The notes beneath the pieces are model-generated. The model did no database searches. It had not been told where the DNA came from and was given only the letters and a program-made list of their open reading frames with translations. A program made the translations under genes and the position numbers. DNA of 64,000 bases from a virus: IMG/VR virus record IMGVR_UViG_3300008261_000042; one strand, given 5' to 3'. Of this stretch, positions 7,828 to 15,091 are shown piece by piece. Position 1 is the stretch's first letter, and every line of letters starts with the position of its first letter.

Positions 7828-7923
7828 CTATAGTATAGAATATAAAGAATAGAATAACATATTCTATTCTTTATATACAGTACAAAATATAAAGAATAAA
7901 ACAGTGTTGTTTTATTCTTTATA
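7810..7923. repeat. three tandem perfect AT-rich hairpins
   Basis: stems of 12, 17 and 16 bp with 3-4 nt loops. Confidence 0.9.
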
Positions 7924-7954
7924 CAAACCACAGTTCTTTATTCTAATCACCAAA

Positions 7955-8167
7955 ATGTTTGACACTTCGATGATGATTTCCATGCTCCGTAAGGGTAGCA
8001 ATGGCTTTGAAATCCTGCAGATTCTTGATACTATCACCGATGATTCGGTGGAGTCAGTATCACAAATTGTCAAGGTGCTAAGTGACACTATCTCAACAGC
8101 AGTAGATGATACTGAAGCTGAAACAGTTAGTTACAACAACCCTACTCTAGATTTCATCAAATTCTAG
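7955..8167 (+). CDS. conserved cyanophage early protein (ISMLRKGSNGFEILQIL)
   Basis: start revised to ATG 7955, outside the hairpins. Confidence 0.7.
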   Translation: MFDTSMMISMLRKGSNGFEILQILDTITDDSVESVSQIVKVLSDTISTAVDDTEAETVSYNNPTLDFIKF

Positions 8168-8174
8168 TCAGTGT

Positions 8175-8232
8175 GTGCCACTTATCTTAGTGGCACATAA
8201 TTCTCCCATTTTGAATTTGTCTGGGTTATTGT
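8175..8232 (+). promoter_or_regulatory. early promoter with palindromic box
   Basis: GTGCCA-N10-TGGCAC; TATTGT 30 nt downstream. Confidence 0.7.
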
Positions 8233-8283
8233 TGTTTTGTGGTTGAGAAAAACCACATTTTTCACCTGAATCTTTTTCCACAA

Positions 8284-8619
8284 GTGAACAGCTACTCTTT
8301 CCCTCCTGCTGATGATCTGATCTCTGTATTTTCGGAGATAGATTATAACAAACTGATTCGCCAGTTTGTTATGCTTACTGCCACCGTGGTTGCTATCATC
8401 GTTGGCACAACAGTTTGGTTTTACAACCGTGTCCGCCAATGGTATACAAACGGTGGTAAAGAACAGGTAATTAGTATTATCAACCGTTCGGCACTGTTTA
8501 TCAACAATCGGACGGGCTTGATTGATAAGATCTCTGCACATGTAGTTAAGTTCTACAACCGTGTGGAGTTTGTATATCATTCTCTCACAGATTTGGCAGA
8601 GGGAGTATATAAAATGTGA
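8284..8619 (+). CDS. membrane protein (FPPADDLI motif)
   Basis: in-frame GTG 8284; one TM segment. Confidence 0.6.
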   Translation: MNSYSFPPADDLISVFSEIDYNKLIRQFVMLTATVVAIIVGTTVWFYNRVRQWYTNGGKEQVISIINRSALFINNRTGLIDKISAHVVKFYNRVEFVYHSLTDLAEGVYKM

Positions 8620-8672
8620 CACTAATACTAGTGGCACAGTAAAAGAGCACTGTGCCCAAAATCGTGTATTCT
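8616..8672 (+). promoter_or_regulatory. early promoter with palindromic box
   Basis: GTGACA-N10-TGGCAC; TATTCT 29 nt downstream. Confidence 0.7.
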
Positions 8673-8696
8673 AGTTTCTGTTGAGTTAATTCTTCA

Positions 8697-8873
8697 ATGT
8701 TCGCTATCACCTCCACTGAAACGTACAATGAGGCAAATGCAGAGGTATTTGCAAGCTTTGATGATGCAAACGATGCTGCATTTGACTGGTCTGTTGAGCT
8801 TAACGGTCGCCCCGTTATTGTATGGAAACTGACCCGTGCTAATCCTATCAAATGGATGAAAGTCACCGCCTGA
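8697..8873 (+). CDS. hypothetical protein (58 aa, not in track)
   Basis: MFAITSTETY...DAAFDWSVELNGRPV; directly after promoter. Confidence 0.7.
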   Translation: MFAITSTETYNEANAEVFASFDDANDAAFDWSVELNGRPVIVWKLTRANPIKWMKVTA

Positions 8874-8896
8874 TTCTTTACACAAACTCAAACGCC

Positions 8897-9070
8897 ATGT
8901 TCATCACAAACTCTTTCGCTGATTCTGATAAAGCTTGCCAGATTGCGATGGCAAATTATAAGAAACAGATCGAACGTGAGAATCACTATCGCCAGCAAGT
9001 TCGGGATGGCATAATACCAGCCCCAAACTATAATTATACTCAAACCTGGGATATTTCAGACAGAGACTAA
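8897..9070 (+). CDS. hypothetical protein
   Basis: start revised to ATG 8897; followed by GC hairpin 9078-9097. Confidence 0.6.
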   Translation: MFITNSFADSDKACQIAMANYKKQIERENHYRQQVRDGIIPAPNYNYTQTWDISDRD

Positions 9071-9133
9071 CAACAATGGGGGAGCAATCGCTCCCCCTAT
9101 CTAACACAAACTCATCGCCAATTCTTAACAACA

Positions 9134-9328
9134 ATGCAGCTCGCATTTGTCACCCCAAAATCTAACAAAGCCAAAAACAGATTCTCTAATCTAATGGAGA
9201 AACATCCTGGCTGCATAGTAGAACAAATCAAAGGCAATCGGGTGTTTTTGAGATCACAAAATGATCGCAACTTTTTCTGGGTTGATATTAATAATGACAG
9301 CGATTGGGGAATAGTTTTTAATACATAG
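9134..9328 (+). CDS. conserved cyanophage protein (VTPKSNKAKNRFSNLM)
   Basis: 64 aa ORF. Confidence 0.7.
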   Translation: MQLAFVTPKSNKAKNRFSNLMEKHPGCIVEQIKGNRVFLRSQNDRNFFWVDINNDSDWGIVFNT

Positions 9329-9423
9329 CAAACGTTATGTATTTCTATCATTTAGCAAACGTTATGTATTAATAATACATAGCAAACACTATGTGATAGA
9401 AATACATAGCAAACGCTATGTGA
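9320..9423. repeat. four ~27-nt tandem palindromic repeats
   Basis: core ACATAGC-AAAC-G(T/C)TATGT repeated at about 9320, 9348, 9374 and 9401. Confidence 0.85.
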
Positions 9424-9437
9424 TTATTAACAACAAT

Positions 9438-9495
9438 GTGGACAGTTGTGAGAGTGTCCACTATTCTCACCACTGCCCCTGTTATCCTGTATTGT
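9438..9495 (+). promoter_or_regulatory. early promoter with variant palindromic box
   Basis: GTGGACA-N10-TGTCCAC; TATTGT at 9490. Confidence 0.65.
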
Positions 9496-9524
9496 AGTTT
9501 CTGTTGAGCCAATTCACCTCACAA

Positions 9525-10283
9525 ATGACTCTCAAATTCTCCAAGGGTAACGCTAAGCTTGGCACTCACACTTTGATTTTCAATCTACCTGCAGGCAAGA
9601 CATGTCCTGGTGCTATGTATTGCAAATCGTTCGCCATTATTGATGAGAATGGCAAGCGTAAGATTCAAGACGGTGAGCATACAGAATTCCGCTGCTTTGC
9701 AGCATCATCGGAGGCACAATATGATGCCCCTTTCTATAATCGTAAAGAGAATCTAGAGACAATTGTAGAATATCTGCGAGTTTCAGTTGATTATGCTGCA
9801 GAGCAAATTAGCGTTGCTTTGAATCATCATCGGACCCGTAAAACCGAGCTAGTTCGTATACACGAGTCTGGCGACTTTTTCTCTCACGCTTACTTGCAAG
9901 CTTGGGTTAAAGTTGCACAAATCAACCCTGATTTGAAGTTTTATTGTTATTCCAAATCTCTGCCAATGTTCGTCGATTTCGGTATAGCAAACCTGCCCGA
10001 TAATTTCTACCTTACTGCATCTTACGGCGGTGCATTTGATAGTTTAATCGATGCTGGATTGTTCCCCCGTTACAGTAAAGTAGTGATGACCGATGATGAT
10101 GCTAACTCGCTCGGTTTAGAAGTTGATCACGACGATACACACTGTTTTGGTAACAAACCGTTCGCACTGTTAGTGCACTCAACCCAGCCTAAAGGTTCGG
10201 CTTGGGGTAAGGCAATCCATGCACGCCGTAAGGCTAACAAATTCAGCGGTTACAGTAAGGGTAAGAAACCAGTGGCAGCTTAA
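9525..10283 (+). CDS. GP88-like protein (Cys-motif, putative Fe-S enzyme)
   Basis: GNAKL...LPAGKTCPGAMYC...CFAAS...RIHESGDFF...YCYSK motifs. Confidence 0.7.
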   Translation: MTLKFSKGNAKLGTHTLIFNLPAGKTCPGAMYCKSFAIIDENGKRKIQDGEHTEFRCFAASSEAQYDAPFYNRKENLETIVEYLRVSVDYAAEQISVALNHHRTRKTELVRIHESGDFFSHAYLQAWVKVAQINPDLKFYCYSKSLPMFVDFGIANLPDNFYLTASYGGAFDSLIDAGLFPRYSKVVMTDDDANSLGLEVDHDDTHCFGNKPFALLVHSTQPKGSAWGKAIHARRKANKFSGYSKGKKPVAA

Positions 10284-10295
10284 ATATAGAGAATT

Positions 10296-10322
10296 GGGGG
10301 CAAATCTGCCCCCCTTTTTTTA
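10296..10322 (+). terminator. rho-independent terminator
   Basis: GGGGGCA-AATC-TGCCCCC followed by T-run. Confidence 0.8.
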
Positions 10323-10474
10323 TACAAACTCCTAGGGTGTGCCAATTCCCGAACTGACCCAATTTTTCGGTTTTGTATCACCACGAACATCCGAGAGATC
10401 TGAGATCGTCTATATTAGTTTCAACGAGGGGGGGAGAGATCCACACCTCGTTATCACAAACTACCCCAAGGGTT

Positions 10475-10765
10475 ATGTTCAACTCCACTCGCTTTTTCTG
10501 CCTCACTGGTAACGCTGAGGCTCTGGCAGTTAGCCTCATCGAAAACCCCAAAATCATCGGTCCTAAGCGTGCACAAATGCTCTTTAATCTGGCCACTGAA
10601 GGTGAGAACAAAATAGGCCGAAATGCACTGCAAAAGTGTGCACAAGCTGCGAACCGCCATCGTGTTATTTTCAACGGCGAGGTTATGCACAACAATCGGG
10701 TGTTCAGCAAAGCATCAACTAAGCGCCTGATGTTCTGGGCTCAAAATAAGAATACCCCTGTCTGA
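10475..10765 (+). CDS. basic hypothetical protein
   Basis: start revised to ATG 10475; TATATT at 10411 upstream. Confidence 0.6.
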   Translation: MFNSTRFFCLTGNAEALAVSLIENPKIIGPKRAQMLFNLATEGENKIGRNALQKCAQAANRHRVIFNGEVMHNNRVFSKASTKRLMFWAQNKNTPV

Positions 10766-10822
10766 GTTAGCATCACAAATGGGGGCAATCTGCCCCCTTC
10801 CAAAATCTCACAAATTCCCAAA

Positions 10823-11095
10823 ATGTCTGTTTCTTTCAACATCAGCGATTCCATGCTTTATCGCCAGTTTAGTGTAGAAGAATCCTCCGCTATCTACTGC
10901 ATTTCAGTGTTACATAACAACGTAACTGTTGCCTACCATAGCAACACTGAAAAACAGTACATTTTCAGGGCTAGCGATATTTTTGCCCCCGTCATTCGTG
11001 ACGCCATTCGTCACTTTAACCCCGCCGAAATTAGCATCGGCAAGCTGATAGCCAAGGCACGTAAAGTAGGCGATCTGGAAATAATAAATATCTGA
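10823..11095 (+). CDS. KTSC-like small protein (probable paralog of 6409-6651)
   Basis: SSAIYCISV...VTVAYHSNTEKQYIF...SIGKLI. Confidence 0.5.
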   Translation: MSVSFNISDSMLYRQFSVEESSAIYCISVLHNNVTVAYHSNTEKQYIFRASDIFAPVIRDAIRHFNPAEISIGKLIAKARKVGDLEIINI

Positions 11096-11128
11096 CACTT
11101 TCCTAGATATAATTATATCTAAGATCTT

Positions 11129-11157
11129 GAGGGTAATTATAATTACCCTCTTTTTTT
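11129..11157 (+). terminator. terminator closing the early region
   Basis: GAGGGTAATTATAATTACCCTC followed by T-run. Confidence 0.8.
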
Positions 11158-11159
11158 AT

Positions 11160-11520
11160 GTTTTGAAATAAAATATAATTTAACGATTTGCAGAGTATTA
11201 TTAATACATAACATATACTAAGTATTAATAATACACAGTATATGCAGATTAATTAGAATCAACAATTAATCATATTTGCAGAATATTAATAATACATAGC
11301 ATATACAATGTATTATTAATACATAACGATTGCAGATTATTAATAATACAATAAAATCGTAATTTCACAATAATTAGAATTAACAATAAATTACGATTTT
11401 ATTGTATTATTAATAACAATCAAATAGTATTGCAAAGTATTAATAATAACAGCTAATTACGATTGCAAAGTAATTATAATTAACAGTTAATCGTAATCGT
11501 TCGTTTATTATAATAAACGA
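11160..11520. repeat. AT-rich non-coding region with nested inverted repeats (candidate origin)
   Basis: IRs of 13 bp (11195/11222), 14 bp (11284/11308) and 29 bp (11337-11365/11388-11416); repeated TATTAATAATAC. Confidence 0.8.
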
Positions 11521-11576
11521 TAAGCGTCCCCAAAAAAGTACCTTCTTTCTAAGCTATAAACGTTTCCCAGAGCCCG

Positions 11577-11583
11577 ATAAATA
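11577..11583 (+). promoter_or_regulatory. T4-type late promoter
   Basis: ATAAATA ahead of the structural module. Confidence 0.55.
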
Positions 11584-11659
11584 TTAAAAGGAATTTCCAA
11601 AGTGAAATCCCCCGATTCCAAAAAAATTTCCCAGAAAATTTTTCGCTAAAAAAGTCGCC

Positions 11660-11872
11660 ATGAAACAACGAGTAACTTACAAGACCAAGGATGGTTCGTT
11701 GAGAGAACAAGTATTTGATGATTTCAATGAATTCGCAGATCTCATCCAAGACGCCGCCATGGACTACTATGCTGGTGGGCAACCTGAGATGAGCGTAGAG
11801 ACAATGTATGACAATATGGTAAAGAAGGAGAAAGTAACAAATAATGAACCAAGACCTGAACTCCTTGATTGA
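11660..11872 (+). CDS. hypothetical protein
   Basis: 70 aa ORF. Confidence 0.65.
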   Translation: MKQRVTYKTKDGSLREQVFDDFNEFADLIQDAAMDYYAGGQPEMSVETMYDNMVKKEKVTNNEPRPELLD

Positions 11873-12005
11873 GAGAATTGAGAGATTAGAGGCGTCCCTC
11901 TACAATCTCAGATTAATGTACAGACCTCCCGAACGGGAGGGTCATGTAAGTATAACTGAATACTTAGATGAAGTAGAGAATAGAATAAAAAATTTAGAAA
12001 ATTAA
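11844..12005 (+). CDS. conserved cyanophage coiled-coil protein (LMYRPP; not in track)
   Basis: 53 aa MNQDLNSLIERIERLE...LMYRPPE...YLDEVENRI. Confidence 0.65.
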   Translation: MNQDLNSLIERIERLEASLYNLRLMYRPPEREGHVSITEYLDEVENRIKNLEN

Positions 12006-12010
12006 GAGTT

Positions 12011-12385
12011 ATGCCATTACTTGTCGGACCAGAGACCCCTGACACCACATCGGTGAATGGTCCTTGCACGTATCCAGCAAAACCAGTAACAGGAGCACAG
12101 GTATCCCCGAATATATTCATTAATGGGGAACCTGTGAAGTTTTTACATAATGCTATAGCACCAGATAGTGTAACAGGTGTTCCGAATAATCCGTTAGTAC
12201 CGTGTGTTATTCCAGAAGCTGCGAGGGTAGTAGTAACAAGTGTGAATACTTCAGTATTTTTTAACAATCTACTACCTGCTGTGCAAGGGGACGCCACGGA
12301 ACTCACATCCTTCCCTGGGACGAAGCGAGTATTCGTCGCACCATTTCAGCATCCGACTGTGATTATTGGTGGAGGGGTTGCGTGA
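12011..12385 (+). CDS. PAAR-like spike tip protein (gp5.4-like)
   Basis: NIFINGEPV / SVFFNNLLPAVQGD repeats; position upstream of gp25. Confidence 0.6.
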   Translation: MPLLVGPETPDTTSVNGPCTYPAKPVTGAQVSPNIFINGEPVKFLHNAIAPDSVTGVPNNPLVPCVIPEAARVVVTSVNTSVFFNNLLPAVQGDATELTSFPGTKRVFVAPFQHPTVIIGGGVA

Positions 12386-12406
12386 TTGGTCTGGGTGTGC
12401 TACAAT
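12378..12406 (+). promoter_or_regulatory. sigma70-like promoter
   Basis: TTGCGT-N17-TACAAT with extended TG. Confidence 0.6.
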
Positions 12407-12431
12407 AGGTAGGTAAACAACTGAGGTTCTC

Positions 12432-12578
12432 ATGGCAAAGCGTCCTTCATTTACTAATAGCAATCTGATCGAGTCGAAGCCCAAGAAGTCCCGTCAGGGA
12501 AATGGGGCACATACGAAGTATGCTGCTACGAGTCGTAATGGTGCTCGTAAGCGTTATCGTGGTCAGGGTAAGGGCTGA
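12432..12578 (+). CDS. small basic protein (RKRYRGQG; not in track)
   Basis: GAGG SD; 48 aa; own promoter and terminator. Confidence 0.75.
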   Translation: MAKRPSFTNSNLIESKPKKSRQGNGAHTKYAATSRNGARKRYRGQGKG

Positions 12579-12586
12579 TATATTTT

Positions 12587-12611
12587 GCGATCCTTAGGGG
12601 TCGCTTTTTTT
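12587..12611 (+). terminator. rho-independent terminator
   Basis: GCGATCC-TTAG-GGGTCGC followed by T-run. Confidence 0.7.
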
Positions 12612-12691
12612 ATGTGTAAATAGAATTGTATCTCTGAAGCAAGGGATAGCAACCCCTTTAAAAGTTCTGTTTAACCTTATGGAGAAAACAG

Positions 12692-12868
12692 ATGGCTAAT
12701 GTTGATAAAAGTAAGGAGTTCGTCCAATCGGGCATGACTCTGATATCAGAACAGGCGAGTGATCGCCTGTTGAAAAAAGCCCAATACAAAGTACCAGATG
12801 ACCGTTACAGTAGACCATGTGGCGGTTCTGGTGGGTTTGATGACTTTGTGGAGAGGTGGCATGAGTGA
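12692..12868 (+). CDS. conserved cyanophage hypothetical (58 aa, not in track)
   Basis: GGAG SD; MANVDKSKEFVQSGMTLISE...RPCGGSGGFDDFVERWHE. Confidence 0.7.
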   Translation: MANVDKSKEFVQSGMTLISEQASDRLLKKAQYKVPDDRYSRPCGGSGGFDDFVERWHE

Positions 12869-12869
12869 C

Positions 12870-12877
12870 TATAAATA
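12870..12877 (+). promoter_or_regulatory. T4-type late promoter
   Basis: TATAAATA upstream of gp25. Confidence 0.75.
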
Positions 12878-12890
12878 ATAACAAACGTTT

Positions 12891-13292
12891 TTGTCTACTG
12901 TGCCGCAGTTTCAAACATTTAAGGATTTAAATGTGACATTCAAGCCTCATCCTATTACTGGTGATTTAATTACTAGTAAGGATGAGGCTGCTGTTAAACA
13001 GGCCATTGTTAATCTTTTGTTAACTAACAAAGGTGAACGTTTATTCAATTCTCAGATTGGATCAGATATTCCTAGATTATTATTTGAACAATTAGATTAT
13101 GGTGTAGCAGCCCTGGTCCAATCTGAGATTAAAAACGTATTAACGGATTACGAACCTAGAATTAATATTATATCGTTAGAAGTTATACCAAATTTTGATG
13201 ATAATGGATTTGATGTTGGATTGGAATTTGAGATTATAGGTAGAAACGATATTCCACTCAACGTAGAATTCTTTTTAGAGAGAACTCGATAA
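12891..13292 (+). CDS. gp25: baseplate wedge subunit gp25
   Basis: FKDL...NLLLTNKGERLFNSQIGS...YEPRI GPW/gp25 signature; start may be GTG 12900. Confidence 0.92.
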   Translation: MSTVPQFQTFKDLNVTFKPHPITGDLITSKDEAAVKQAIVNLLLTNKGERLFNSQIGSDIPRLLFEQLDYGVAALVQSEIKNVLTDYEPRINIISLEVIPNFDDNGFDVGLEFEIIGRNDIPLNVEFFLERTR

Positions 13293-15086
13293 ATGCCATA
13301 CACACAAGTATCAAATTTAGATTATAATGATATAAAAATTGCTTTAAAGGAATATTTAAGATCCCAATCAGATTTCACTGATTATGATTTTGAAGGTTCT
13401 GTGTGGAGCACATTACTTGATGTGTTAGCGTATAATACTTATTATACAGCATTCAATACTAATCTAGTTGTTAACGAGTTATTCTTAGATTCAGCAACCC
13501 TAAGAGATAATGTAGTTGCAATCGCCAAACAACTAGGTTATGTACCAAAATCAGTAACGTCACCCGTAGCTTATATTAGTTTTGATGTTAATTTCACTAA
13601 TACAACCCCTGATGTTGCTATTTTAAGGACTGGATCTGCATTTACGACTATTTTTGATTCTGAACTATATCAATATACGACATTAGATGATGTTTCTGCT
13701 GCAGTAGAGAATGGGACAGCATCATTCATTAATGTACCAATCTACGAAGGTTCATTAATTAAAAATTCATACACTGTTAATACTTCTCTTAAGTCACAAC
13801 GATTTTTGATTCAAAATCAAGGTGTTGATGCTAGTAGTGTTAGAGTAAGGGTATATCCTTCTCAGAATTCATCTGCTTATGAAATTTATGAAAGAGCAGA
13901 AAATATCTTAGAAGTAAACTCCGAAACTAAATCATATTTCTTAAATGAAGTTGAAGATGAGAATTATGAGATTTTCTTTGGTGATGGAGTATTAGGTAAA
14001 AAGCTAGAAAGTGGTCAATTTATTGAAGTTAGCTATCTAGTAACTAATGGTCCTGCTACAAATGGAGCAAAGACCTTTGTGTTCAATGGTATTATCGATG
14101 ATAGAAATAATTCATCTTATCCATTGAGTGTAGTTGTAACTTCTGTATTAGCAGCTTCTGGTGGAGAGGACATTGAAAGCATTGACAAAATTAAATACAA
14201 TGCCCCTAGGTATTTCGGTACACAAGACCGTGCAGTGACCTCACAGGACTACGCAGCCATCGTTAGGAACGTTTATCCAGCAGTAGCGGATATCATTACT
14301 TTTGGTGGAGAAGAAGCAAGTCCACCTGAATATGGAAAAGTAAAGATTGTAATCAAACCTTCCAATGCAAATTTACTTTCTTCATTTACCAAACAAGATA
14401 TTATAAGAAAATTAAAGCCTTTTATGGTTGGATCTGTCACTGCAGACATTATTGATCCATCAATTCTATTTGTTGAATTAACAAGTAAAATTTATTTTGA
14501 TAGAACTAAGACAAACTTACCACCAACAGAGATTGTAAAGAAAGTAAGAACTTCTATTCAACAATATATTGATCAATCAGATACTGAAAAATTCAACGGT
14601 AAGTTTAGGTATAGTAGATTTATTGGAGTAATTGATGATTCGGATAGATCAATTAATTCTAATCAAACTACAGTAATGATGAGAAAGGATTTCTATCCTG
14701 CTATTAATTCTTCATTTTTTTATGAGGTTTGCTTCCAAAATACTTTTGACAAAGATTGTGAAGGTCCAACATTACATTCTACTGGATTTAAAGTAACAGA
14801 ATTCCCTAATTATACAGTGTATTTGGAAGATAGGGATGGTAGAATCGTCCTATATAGAATAGATGATTTAACTGGACTAAAAATAGTTTTAAATGACTCC
14901 ATTGGAGCAATAAACTATGATAAAGGTGAAGTTATGTTGTATGATTTAACTATCATCCGTGGTTCGTTTGAAGACAACCGAATTGAACTAAGAGTAAAGC
15001 CTTTAAGCAATGATATTAATGCGGTAAGAGAGGTTTTCCTAGACGTTGATATGACAACAAGTAAGTTCACTGCTTATCCCGAGTAG
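13293..15086 (+). CDS. gp6: baseplate wedge subunit gp6
   Basis: FTDYDFEGS...LLDVLAYNTYY...FLDSAT; QDRAVT.QDY. Confidence 0.93.
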   Translation: MPYTQVSNLDYNDIKIALKEYLRSQSDFTDYDFEGSVWSTLLDVLAYNTYYTAFNTNLVVNELFLDSATLRDNVVAIAKQLGYVPKSVTSPVAYISFDVNFTNTTPDVAILRTGSAFTTIFDSELYQYTTLDDVSAAVENGTASFINVPIYEGSLIKNSYTVNTSLKSQRFLIQNQGVDASSVRVRVYPSQNSSAYEIYERAENILEVNSETKSYFLNEVEDENYEIFFGDGVLGKKLESGQFIEVSYLVTNGPATNGAKTFVFNGIIDDRNNSSYPLSVVVTSVLAASGGEDIESIDKIKYNAPRYFGTQDRAVTSQDYAAIVRNVYPAVADIITFGGEEASPPEYGKVKIVIKPSNANLLSSFTKQDIIRKLKPFMVGSVTADIIDPSILFVELTSKIYFDRTKTNLPPTEIVKKVRTSIQQYIDQSDTEKFNGKFRYSRFIGVIDDSDRSINSNQTTVMMRKDFYPAINSSFFYEVCFQNTFDKDCEGPTLHSTGFKVTEFPNYTVYLEDRDGRIVLYRIDDLTGLKIVLNDSIGAINYDKGEVMLYDLTIIRGSFEDNRIELRVKPLSNDINAVREVFLDVDMTTSKFTAYPE

Positions 15087-15091
15087 ATTAA

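Noticed and set aside
9320-9423. CRISPR-like mini-array
   Set aside because: Units are nearly contiguous with only a few nt between them, there are no unique 25-40 nt spacers, and no cas genes are present
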